Positions 40,972 through 50,029 of a DNA stretch of 64,000 nt are shown in pieces (position 1 is the stretch's first letter; each line of letters opens with the position of its first letter). The notes under the pieces are model-generated. The model saw only the letters and a program-made list of their open reading frames with translations, was not told where the DNA came from and made no database searches. Location: positions 26,859-90,858 of the forward strand of contig PFWT01000007.1 of assembly GCA_002791275.1 (NCBI GenBank). Reading direction: 5' to 3'. The stretch is from Candidatus Uhrbacteria bacterium CG_4_9_14_3_um_filter_41_35 (GTDB taxonomy: Bacteria; Patescibacteriota; Patescibacteriia; UBA9934). The position numbers and the translations under genes were made by a program.

Positions 40972-41988
40972 TTATTGAGCAATTGCGGTTACTATAGCTG
41001 CTACAGAACATGTCCCGCTCACACCAGAATTCGGAATCTGAATCCCAAAATAAGCACTATCAGTTGGGGCAGAGTTTTCATTCGTTCTATGTTGCATCCA
41101 ACCAAGGCCAGTTGAAGTTTCAAAATTTAGATCTTGATTTGTCGTTGAAAAAGACGTTGTTAGTAGCTCGTAAATATTGTCATTTGTGCCAAATCTTTGA
41201 TTCGAAACCGGAATATTTGCTGAGCCAGGACCATCACAGGTCATTACAGCTGAGCTTGCTTGGATAGTCATATCAGCATCACTATTTCCATAAAGAGTAC
41301 CTAGCACAGAAATACCAGCCTGAGTTGCACCAAGTGACATCTGACCATAACTAATTGTTGACGAACCAAAGTTCATGGATAGAACTATATTTTTTGTAAA
41401 TGATGATGTAGCTGTTCCGGTTAAGGCAGTTGAGTCGTAAGCAATACCACTTAATTCCCAGTACGAAGGCGGGTAATCATTTGAGTCCATCCAGTATTCA
41501 AGGAGTGCACTACACTTATACCAAGCTGAAGTAGCGCCTTCTGTAAAATCTAGAGTGCAGGCAGAAATTCCACCCGTAGTTTGACCATCATAATTTGAAT
41601 AACAGTAATTACCGTCCTTTTCAGCAGCTGTATCACAATCAACAAGCGTTTTAGTATTTGGAATAACAGTATGATGAAACATCGCAACCCTCGCTTCTGC
41701 GATATCACCGTTACCGTTTAAATCCGAAATTTTCATGAACACATCAACCGGTGTTTGTGTGTTGGCGGAGCCGGTTACACCATTCAAACCTGTATACGGA
41801 TTACAGGAAGTCGCCCCTCCACTTGGACAGAGCTTTATCACGTCTATTGTTGGCGAAACCTGAGTGATCTGAACTGATGTTGTCTCCGTTTGTGAACGCG
41901 TTAGAACCAATGCAATAATAACAAACAAACCGATAAGCATTAATAAGCCTCCTGATATCCAATTAACTAAGTTATTGTCTTTTGTCAT
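40972..41988 (-). CDS. Secreted Cys-rich surface subunit, paralog 1 (putative pilin/fibre)
   Basis: Signal/TM then RSQTETTSVQIT; 8 conserved Cys; DGNYCY, YWMD, ISYGQMSLG, GVSGTC. Confidence 0.75.
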   Translation of the reverse strand: MTKDNNLVNWISGGLLMLIGLFVIIALVLTRSQTETTSVQITQVSPTIDVIKLCPSGGATSCNPYTGLNGVTGSANTQTPVDVFMKISDLNGNGDIAEARVAMFHHTVIPNTKTLVDCDTAAEKDGNYCYSNYDGQTTGGISACTLDFTEGATSAWYKCSALLEYWMDSNDYPPSYWELSGIAYDSTALTGTATSSFTKNIVLSMNFGSSTISYGQMSLGATQAGISVLGTLYGNSDADMTIQASSAVMTCDGPGSANIPVSNQRFGTNDNIYELLTTSFSTTNQDLNFETSTGLGWMQHRTNENSAPTDSAYFGIQIPNSGVSGTCSVAAIVTAIAQ

Positions 41989-42000
41989 ATATATTTAATA

Positions 42001-43011
42001 TTATTGAGCTACAGTTAAAATCGTTGCCGTTACTGAACAGGTTCCGCTTACGCCAGTACTTGGAATTTGAATACCGAAATAAACTGAGTCGGCTGGGTTG
42101 GTCGTTTCACTGGTTCGTGCAATTAATTTATTATCATTTGGATTATTTTCGAAATCCAAATCTTGAGCAGACGTCGAAAGTGCGCTCGCTAAAAGTTCGT
42201 AAGTATTATTATCTGTACCGAATCTTTGATTTAAAACTGGAATGTTTGCCGAACCCGGACCATTACAGCTCATTACGGCTGAGTTTGACTGAATTGTCAT
42301 ATCGGCATCGCTATTTCCGTAAAGAGTTCCGAGCACAGCAACACCCGCCTGCGTTGCGCCGAGCGACATTTGACCATAACTAATTGTTGATGAGCCGAAG
42401 TTCATTGACAGGACCGAGGTGTTTTCAAAAGTCGAACCTGTAATCAGAGAAGTTGATGTGGCAGTATCATAAATAACAGCGTCGATATTCCATGTTTGAC
42501 TTGAGTACTTTGAAAGTGGATCGGTTGCATCCATCCACGACTGTAAAGTTACACGACAACGCCACCAAGCTGAAGTAATACCTTCGGCTGAGTCAAAAAC
42601 ACAAGCATCTACCCCGCCCAATGTTTGATTATAAACATTGTTATAGCAATAATTTCCATCAACATTATTTGAACCCGCACAAGCGGCTGGACCGCCTATG
42701 CCAGACCGATACAGTGTTGTTTCAACTTTCGAAATATCACCATAGCCGTTTGGATCCGTAACTTTTACAAGCACATCCATTGCCTTGGGTGCGTTAGCAT
42801 TCCCAAGATAATCCGATATCTGCGGACACGATGTAGCAAGGCCAGTGTCACACAATTTAACAGAGGCCAAAGTAGGAGCCTGCTGACTAACCGAAACGGA
42901 AGTAGTCTCAGTTTGCGATTTTACCACCGCCAGCGCAATGATAATCAGTACTGCAATCACGATTAGCAGTGCACCAACAAACCAACTTAGAAATTCACTA
43001 TTTTTTTTCAT
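42001..43011 (-). CDS. Secreted Cys-rich surface subunit, paralog 2
   Basis: Same motif set as paralog 1. Confidence 0.75.
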   Translation of the reverse strand: MKKNSEFLSWFVGALLIVIAVLIIIALAVVKSQTETTSVSVSQQAPTLASVKLCDTGLATSCPQISDYLGNANAPKAMDVLVKVTDPNGYGDISKVETTLYRSGIGGPAACAGSNNVDGNYCYNNVYNQTLGGVDACVFDSAEGITSAWWRCRVTLQSWMDATDPLSKYSSQTWNIDAVIYDTATSTSLITGSTFENTSVLSMNFGSSTISYGQMSLGATQAGVAVLGTLYGNSDADMTIQSNSAVMSCNGPGSANIPVLNQRFGTDNNTYELLASALSTSAQDLDFENNPNDNKLIARTSETTNPADSVYFGIQIPSTGVSGTCSVTATILTVAQ

Positions 43012-43018
43012 ATAATAA

Positions 43019-44038
43019 TTATTGAGCTACGGATAAAATTGTGGCAGTTACTGAGCAGTTTCCGCCAACACCTTCACTGGGTATTTTAATACCAAAGTAA
43101 ACGTAATCAGACGGATTTGTGGTTTCGCTAGTTCTTGCGATTAACTTGTTGTCGTTTGCATCACTTTCAAAATCTAGATCCTGTGGTGCTGTAGAAAGCG
43201 CGCTAGCCAAAAGTTCGTATGCAACATCGTTAGTGCCAAAACGTTGATTTTCAACCGGAATAAAACCTGAGCCTTGGCCATCACAAGTCATCAGTGAGGC
43301 ATTCGCCTGAATTGTCATATCGGCATCTGTGTTACCATATAAAGTTCCAAGCACCGCCACCCCTGCGCTTGTGGCGTTTAGCGGAAGCTGACCGTAATTA
43401 ATGGTCGATGAACCAAAGTTTATGGAGAGTACAGAAGCATTTTCAAAAGTTGCCATTTTCCAAATACTATTCAGGGCCGAATCCTGAGCCCAAGCCTGGA
43501 TTTGCCAATTTTCCGTTGGGTATTTTGACTGATCATCCGTGGCGTCCATCCATGGTTCGAACGTTACAGTACATTTCCACCAGGCTGCAGATGCAGTGTC
43601 GCTCGAATCAAATACGCACTGAGAGATACCTGCATTGTTGCCAAAATTGATATTATTATAGCAATAATTACCGTCCTTATTACCGTTCACTGAAGCATTC
43701 ATACATTGCGCCAGTGGAATTGCGCTTCTATGAACTGAAATGCGAAGACTTGCAATGTCATTATAACTATTTCCGTCTGTAATTTTTGCCCAAACATCAG
43801 CCTGCGTTTGTGTATTTGGACTGCCCACAAAAGTTGAGAGTGCCGTGCAGTTAGTACCAGCCACATCGTTAGCTGGACACAATTTTACAAGATTAAGTAT
43901 AGGTCTTGACTGGGCCACAACTACCGTCGATGTATCTGCTTGCGATTGTAGTAAAGCAAACGAAAGAATGACAAGTAGTCCTATCAGAACTAATGTCCCC
44001 GCGACAACCCAAGAGGTATCTTTCGTTTTTAAAAGCAT
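43019..44038 (-). CDS. Secreted Cys-rich surface subunit, paralog 3
   Basis: Same motif set as paralog 1. Confidence 0.75.
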   Translation of the reverse strand: MLLKTKDTSWVVAGTLVLIGLLVILSFALLQSQADTSTVVVAQSRPILNLVKLCPANDVAGTNCTALSTFVGSPNTQTQADVWAKITDGNSYNDIASLRISVHRSAIPLAQCMNASVNGNKDGNYCYNNINFGNNAGISQCVFDSSDTASAAWWKCTVTFEPWMDATDDQSKYPTENWQIQAWAQDSALNSIWKMATFENASVLSINFGSSTINYGQLPLNATSAGVAVLGTLYGNTDADMTIQANASLMTCDGQGSGFIPVENQRFGTNDVAYELLASALSTAPQDLDFESDANDNKLIARTSETTNPSDYVYFGIKIPSEGVGGNCSVTATILSVAQ

Positions 44039-44042
44039 ACAA

Positions 44043-45062
44043 TTACTGCGCGACCGAAAGAATGGTTGCTGTTACCGAGCAAGTTCCACTAACACCCGAA
44101 TTTGGAATTTGGATACCAAAGAAGACAGAATCAGTTGGGTTAGCAGTTTCACTAGTTCGAGCCAATAATTTATTACCGTTCGCCGAGGTTTCAAAATCTA
44201 GATCTTGCGCAAAAGTAGTGAGTGAACTTGCAAGGAGCTCATAAACAACGTCATCTGTGCTGAATTTTTGATTACCAACTGAAATACTAGACGAGCCAGG
44301 ACCATCACAAGCCATGGAGTTTACGTTAGCCTGAATTGTCATATCAGCGTCGCTGTTTCCATACAGCGTGCCAAGGACTGCCACCCCAGCCTTGGTTGCT
44401 CCGAGCGACATCTGACCATAACTAATTGTTGTTGAACCAAAATTCATTGAAAGGACTGAGGTATTTTCGAAAGTAGCAAGTTTCCAATTATTATTTGAAA
44501 CCGAGTCTTGGGCCCATGACTGAATCATCCAGTTTTCTGCCGAATATTTTGAAAGGGCGTCTGTTGCATCCATCCATGGTTCAAAGGTGATCGTACATTT
44601 CCACCAGGCAGTCGTAGCACTCACACTTGAAACAACAGTGCAGGCAGTGATACCAGCGTCGTTACCGAAGCTCATATTGTTATAACAAAAATTGCCGTCT
44701 TTGTGACCGTTCACCGATGCGTTCATACAACTGGCCAACGGAATTCCACTTCTGTGAACCGATGTAGTGAGTCTGGTCACATCTCCGTAACCATTGAGAT
44801 CAGTAACGTTAAGCCAAATGTCTGCCTGCGTTTGCGCGTTCGGACTACCTAAAAAATTAGCGATGCCTAAACAATCAACTCCAGCAGGATCGTTAAACGC
44901 ACAGAGCTTCACAGAATTAATTGCTGGTGCGACCTGACTAACCTGAACCGAGGCGATTTCTGCTTGTGATTTTGTTAGAACTATTGCACTAATGATAAAT
45001 AAACCAATAAGAAGTAGCGCACCCCCTAGCACCCAATTCATTAGACTATTTTCTTGCGTCAT
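44043..45062 (-). CDS. Secreted Cys-rich surface subunit, paralog 4
   Basis: Same motif set as paralog 1. Confidence 0.75.
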   Translation of the reverse strand: MTQENSLMNWVLGGALLLIGLFIISAIVLTKSQAEIASVQVSQVAPAINSVKLCAFNDPAGVDCLGIANFLGSPNAQTQADIWLNVTDLNGYGDVTRLTTSVHRSGIPLASCMNASVNGHKDGNFCYNNMSFGNDAGITACTVVSSVSATTAWWKCTITFEPWMDATDALSKYSAENWMIQSWAQDSVSNNNWKLATFENTSVLSMNFGSTTISYGQMSLGATKAGVAVLGTLYGNSDADMTIQANVNSMACDGPGSSSISVGNQKFSTDDVVYELLASSLTTFAQDLDFETSANGNKLLARTSETANPTDSVFFGIQIPNSGVSGTCSVTATILSVAQ

Positions 45063-45093
45063 AATACTTTTTTTAACTCAAATATTTAATCTA

Positions 45094-45102
45094 ATTATAG
45101 CA
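45094..45102 (-). promoter_or_regulatory. Extended -10 promoter (TGcTATAAT) for paralogs 4-3-2-1
   Basis: attatagca on + strand ~30 nt upstream of paralog 4 ATG. Confidence 0.55.
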
Positions 45103-45158
45103 AACTATTTTATTAATTTCTTTTCTTATTAACAGATAAATAAATTTTCGAGTCAAAC

Positions 45159-45188
45159 TTAAAGCCACCCATTAATGGATGGCTTTAA
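45159..45188 (-). terminator. Hairpin after paralog 5/68-aa gene
   Basis: ttaaagcca-c-ccat-ta-atgg-a-tggctttaa. Confidence 0.6.
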
Positions 45189-45208
45189 ACTTTTTTTCCT
45201 CCGTTATA

Positions 45209-45415
45209 CTATCTAATGTCTACTTTTGTTGAAAGAGTTTCAGTTGGAATAAATACTGACATTTCAACTTCGGATGATCCGGCTTCTTCTGTTCTAACAG
45301 GTGCAGGAGACGGTGCAACGATTACACTGTTCTGACCTGATGCAAGAGAGATCACCAACCAAGCAGTCAATAAAGTAACAACAACGGCAAGGATTGACAG
45401 AATATTGTTATTCAT
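45209..45415 (-). CDS. Small membrane-anchored/secreted protein (68 aa)
   Basis: N-terminal hydrophobic helix, Pro-rich linker; co-oriented directly behind paralog 5. Confidence 0.65.
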   Translation of the reverse strand: MNNNILSILAVVVTLLTAWLVISLASGQNSVIVAPSPAPVRTEEAGSSEVEMSVFIPTETLSTKVDIR

Positions 45416-45436
45416 AAATCTCGCGTTAAATGTTAT

Positions 45437-46468
45437 TTAGTGATTAATTGCTGCCAAAGTTGCTGCTACAGTACATGTTCCACTAACTCCAGATGCAGGA
45501 ATACCGATTCCAAAAAATACAGTATCTGATGGAGCAACAGTTTCACTTGTTCGAGCCAACAGCTCATTATCATTAACATTAACCTCAAAGTCAAGATCCT
45601 GTGGTGAGTTTGAAAGTGCACTTGCAAGTGCTTCGTAAGCACTATCGCTTGTTCCAAATCTCTGATTAGCAACTGGGATATTTGCGCTACCTACTCCGTC
45701 ACAAGTCATAACTGCTGAGTTAGCTGCGATTGTCATATCTACGTCTGAGTTTCCCTGAGCTGTTCCCAAAACTGAGACACCAGCTTTAGTTGCACCAAGA
45801 GACATTGGACCATAGCTAATTGTTGATGATCCGAAGTTCATCGAAAGAACTGTGTTATTTCTGAATGTTGAAGGATTTACTGAGATACCAGTGTTGCTTT
45901 GCGAGTCAACAACTATCGCATCCATAGCCCAGTTTTCTGCTGCAAAGTTTGATGAAGGGTCGGTTGCATCCATCCAGTACTGAAGTGTTACATCACACTT
46001 CCACCAAGCTGATGTTGTACTTACAATATCATTTTGAGCACATGAAAGAATTCCTCCTGAAGTTTGTCCATCGTAGTTTGAGTAACAGCTGTTTCCGTCA
46101 TACTCAGATCCAGCACCAATCGAACCGGTGTTACAAGCCGCTAGTCCAACTGAGCTTCGATAAAGTGATCCACCAACTGAAGCGATATCACCGTAACCGT
46201 TAGCATCCGAAACCTGAACAAACAAATCCATCTCTGTTGATGTAGTGTTTGCACCGGTAAACTCTGACACACCAACACATGAGCCTACTGCTACTGCTTC
46301 GTTGATACAAAGTTTTACTGCATCAACTGTTGGTGTAGCCTGAGTAATCTGAACGGTTGTTGTTTCTGTTTGAGATCTAGTTAGCACCAAAGCGATGATA
46401 ACAAAGAGCCCGATGAGGAGCAATGCGCCTCCAAGCACCCAGTGGGTGGCATTGTTTTCTTGAGCCAT
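45437..46468 (-). CDS. Secreted Cys-rich surface subunit, paralog 5 (candidate major subunit)
   Basis: Same motif set; own TGgTATAAT promoter at ~46507-46515. Confidence 0.75.
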   Translation of the reverse strand: MAQENNATHWVLGGALLLIGLFVIIALVLTRSQTETTTVQITQATPTVDAVKLCINEAVAVGSCVGVSEFTGANTTSTEMDLFVQVSDANGYGDIASVGGSLYRSSVGLAACNTGSIGAGSEYDGNSCYSNYDGQTSGGILSCAQNDIVSTTSAWWKCDVTLQYWMDATDPSSNFAAENWAMDAIVVDSQSNTGISVNPSTFRNNTVLSMNFGSSTISYGPMSLGATKAGVSVLGTAQGNSDVDMTIAANSAVMTCDGVGSANIPVANQRFGTSDSAYEALASALSNSPQDLDFEVNVNDNELLARTSETVAPSDTVFFGIGIPASGVSGTCTVAATLAAINH

Positions 46469-46539
46469 AAAAATATTTTCTATTTTTAATTAATTTTTAT
46501 AAAAATATTATACCACCTTTCAGAATTTTATTTATAACT

Positions 46540-48413
46540 TTAAAGTGATATTGTCCACAGGTCATCCGGCTTACTATCGTTAATGCTTTCTTCAGTAACA
46601 GAATCTGGAATTTTTTTTGCGTCTGTACTAATTTTTACATCAGTAGTTTCTAAAATATTTTTTACCGGATTAGTTTTAGTTATAGGTGTTTGAACTGGTG
46701 TTTGAACTGGTGTTTGAACTGGTGTTTGAACTGGTGTTTGAACTGGTGTTTGAACTGGTGTTTGAACTGGTGTTTGAACTGGTTTTGAACTGGTGTTTGA
46801 ACTGGTGTTGTTACTTGTGGTATCTGAGGTTGTAGAGGAGATGGAGATGCTGGTATTTGTGTAGTTCCAAAAGAGGCAGAACCTAAAGGATTAGCTTCAA
46901 CCGTCACACCTTCGGACTGAGCACTCGTGCGGTCTTTGTCGCTAATTGTTCCATCTTGGTTTGAGTCAATTGTTACCGTTGCCGTAATCCAAGTGCCCAC
47001 AGTTAAAGTGTTTGATGCTGGCACAAACTGCCAGGCTACACCCTCCAGTTTTGTGGTTCCGATGATCACTTTGTTGGCGTAAATATTTATCACCGATCCA
47101 ACCTTCCCTGAACAAGTACCTGTAATAACTGGGCTGTTACTAAATATCGGTGAGTTAACCACCGGTGGTTCCACTTGTTTTCTTTTCCTAAAGAAGAACC
47201 AGAGAATACCAAAAGCGAGCAACACTATTAGTGAAATTAGTAGTGTCCAAATATACCCCCATTTATCGGCAGGCAGTACCTCGGCAACCGCAAGCGATTT
47301 AGCTGTAACGTTAACATTCAAATTTTGTGTATTTGAAACTTTATTTCCAAACTCTACATAACCCACCATTTTGTAATCACCTTCATTTGAAAATTCAGTG
47401 AAAGAACGAAAAGTTGTGATCTCGTCTCTACCAACAGAAAAAGATTTTCCTACCAAGGTATCTAGAAGTTGATCGTCGGCTGAATAAATTTCGATTATCA
47501 TTCGGCTAAGAACCGGGATGGTTCCAGTATTTCTAAAAGTTCCAAGCATCACCACCTGTTCGTTTGGTGCGTAACTGTCCTTTGAAGCCGAGAACGAAGA
47601 AAGCTCACCACTTTGTTTTAAAGTTCCGGGTGAAAAAACTTGTAGATCTTCTGTGGTTGCAAAAACCACTTCTCCGCCAACCAAGAATTTAATCTCACCT
47701 TTATACTGACCAGCTGGTAGTTTTGATTCAAAGTCTACTAACTCTGACCTGGTCTCCCCCGGTCGCCAAGGTCCGATTTTTTTACCATCAAACGTTTCGG
47801 TTGTAATTAAATTTCCGCTACCTGCGTCAAAAAAACTAACCGTTATTTCGTCCGGTCGCCACTCCGTATTTCCATTATTCACCACCTGAAAACCTAAAAT
47901 AATAGACAGAAGCTCTTCAGTCTGTGGGAAGTTTACATTTGTAATATCAAAGTCAATTACCTGCTTATCTGAAACTGAAAAGTCGAGCATTAGCTGCACA
48001 CCACGTCGCAAAATCGTTCCAGCTCCTTTATCCACCCCACCCTCACCAGTTTGTGGTAAAAATAACACTTTTGCATTATAACTTCCGATCGCTGCCTCTT
48101 TTGGTAAAATTGAAAACTGGTACGGAACAATTGTTACACCTTGTGGAAAAGTAATCATGTCTGGTCCCTCAAGAAATCGGGCATCTTGACCTTGAAATTC
48201 AACCGCAAAAGTTTCCGCAGTTGGTCCTTCGTTACGCAAAATATTTACAGTTACCACCTGACCATATTCCCGAGTAATATCGTTTACAACAACAGACGGT
48301 GGTGAAATTCCCAGAGTTGCGAAAGCGAAATTTGGCGCCAGGAATAAAAAAGCTCCCAAAAGCATTGTGCATAACCTGAAAAAATTTCTAAATTTTAATT
48401 TTTCCCCCAACAT
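46540..48413 (-). CDS. Membrane-anchored multi-Ig-like protein (partner A); frameshifted in 3' tandem repeat
   Basis: Signal peptide AFA/TLGISPPS, NxGN motifs, TM-RKRK, Ig-like domain, PVQT repeats; as sequenced stops at 46680, restored frame ends DDLWTISL* at 46540. Confidence 0.7.
46685..46809. repeat. 12-bp tandem repeat (ggtgtttgaact) x ~10.5, one 11-bp unit
   Basis: 8 perfect units 46685-46780, 11-bp unit 46781-46791, perfect unit 46792-46803, partial unit. Confidence 0.95.
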
Positions 48414-48417
48414 AATC

Positions 48418-48645
48418 TTATAAATTTTTATCAGTATTAATTTTATCTGATTTTGTGTCGTTTTCGTTTTTGCAAATTTCACAATTTTGTTTGCGACTTT
48501 TCTGTTCAGAAACAAACGCAAAAACCAAAGTTGCTACAAAAAACCCTACAAAAAAACCTTGTATCAAAGTTGAACTTATCATAACACCAATCTCTATTCT
48601 CATTAACTTTTGGACAGCTTGCAGTCCTAAAATAATGTTTTCCAT
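48418..48645 (-). CDS. Small single-TM hypothetical protein
   Basis: 75-aa ORF, TM then CxxC; stop 4 nt before partner A start. Confidence 0.55.
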   Translation of the reverse strand: MENIILGLQAVQKLMRIEIGVMISSTLIQGFFVGFFVATLVFAFVSEQKSRKQNCEICKNENDTKSDKINTDKNL

Positions 48646-48659
48646 GATATTATTATACC

Positions 48660-49205
48660 ATGCCTCTAGTTGCTATAAAATATATCGCCAACTCATTCGC
48701 TTTGTTACTGTTCATAACTATACTCGGCGGATTTTTACATTTCTTCATTATTGAGTTTACAGAGATCAACGGTGTTTCAATGGAACCCACCTATATTGAT
48801 ACGCAAAAAGTAATTATCAATAAGATAACCCCGCTCCTCACACCACTCAAACGCGGAGAAACTGTAAGTTTGTTTGATGAATATCGCGAGCTCCTGCTCA
48901 TTAAACGTGTTGTTGGCCTGCCCGGTGAACAAATTGTGATTCGTGATGGCGCTGTATATGTTCGAGATCAGTTTGGGAATGAAAATATTTTAACCGAACC
49001 GTATATTCAAAATTCTGTGCTCACAAAACCAAAAATTGGGAACGAAGAGCTCTACCCAATTCTTGGTCCGCACGAATATTTTGTTCTAGGTGATAACCGT
49101 GGCCGAAGTACAGACTCCCGCATTTATGGCTCAGTTGATCGATCGCAAATTGTTGGTGTTGTCTTCCCTATTCCTTTCGCTTCTTCATCGCGAGCACAAA
49201 ACTAA
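48660..49205 (+). CDS. lepB: Signal peptidase I (Ser-Lys dyad)
   Basis: GVSMEPT, LIKRVVGLPGE, GDNRGRSTDSR. Confidence 0.92.
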   Translation: MPLVAIKYIANSFALLLFITILGGFLHFFIIEFTEINGVSMEPTYIDTQKVIINKITPLLTPLKRGETVSLFDEYRELLLIKRVVGLPGEQIVIRDGAVYVRDQFGNENILTEPYIQNSVLTKPKIGNEELYPILGPHEYFVLGDNRGRSTDSRIYGSVDRSQIVGVVFPIPFASSSRAQN

Positions 49206-50025
49206 CTACGTATAAAAATATTAGTACCGACGAACCAATCAAAATATAGTCAATTGTTTTATCCCTCTTCAAAACTGAAAGAGGGAATTTATTTTCAGAA
49301 ATTTTTTCACCATCGTGCAAAACTTCTACTGTTAGTGTGTAATCACCGGCTTTTAGCCGAAAATCTTCAGAAATTTTAGTGACGCTCGGTGGAAGAGAAA
49401 CTAGCGTCCCTTCATTCACTGCCAAAACGTCACCCGCACCATTAGTTAACTCAGACTTGTAACTTATTCCGGTCAAATAATCAGAAGCTGGGTTCATTAA
49501 ATTGTAAGAAATATTCACTGCGGAAGCAATAACACCACTGTCGATTCTCTTTGCAAAATCCTGAGCGTGCGGAGCGTTTTGCATTACAAAATTATGATAG
49601 TCAGCGGTATTTAAAACAGAGAGGTGTAAATTTCCGCTCACTCCTAGAAAAAACATTACTCCCGGCTGTGTCATTACTGATTTTGAAGATTGAACAAACT
49701 GAATTTGTTTATCGTAAGTACCAGGCGCGAGATCTTGCGCGTCTACCTCAAATGTAAACGGAACCATTGTTTCACCGGTCTCAAAACTAACGTTTTTGCC
49801 ATTTACAAAATTTACATATGGCGAATCCTCTGTTTGAACTTCAAGCAGCTCTGGTTTTTGTGATTGGTCACGTAAAACATTGTACTTTACAATATTTTTT
49901 TCACCTTCTTTTACCGTTGAGTACACAGACGGTGGTGAAATTCCGTACGAAATCGCCTGCACTGGTTGTACATTTAAAATCAGTACTGAAAAAATAAATA
50001 GCAGTAAAGTTCCTCGCTTAATCAT
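49168..50025 (-). CDS. Membrane-anchored Ig-like protein (partner B)
   Basis: Signal peptide VQA/ISYGISPPS; C-terminal TM + KKRKE; N-terminus homologous to partners A and C. Confidence 0.7.
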   Translation of the reverse strand: MIKRGTLLLFIFSVLILNVQPVQAISYGISPPSVYSTVKEGEKNIVKYNVLRDQSQKPELLEVQTEDSPYVNFVNGKNVSFETGETMVPFTFEVDAQDLAPGTYDKQIQFVQSSKSVMTQPGVMFFLGVSGNLHLSVLNTADYHNFVMQNAPHAQDFAKRIDSGVIASAVNISYNLMNPASDYLTGISYKSELTNGAGDVLAVNEGTLVSLPPSVTKISEDFRLKAGDYTLTVEVLHDGEKISENKFPLSVLKRDKTIDYILIGSSVLIFLYVVSFVLAMKKRKE

Positions 50026-50029
50026 AGTT

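Noticed and set aside
40972-46468. Type IV pilins or diversity-generating retroelement targets
   Set aside because: No class III signal (G|FTxxE); no reverse transcriptase and no adenine-specific template/variable repeat pair seen
46685-46809. Tandem repeat as CRISPR array
   Set aside because: Contiguous 12-bp units without spacers, inside a CDS; no cas genes
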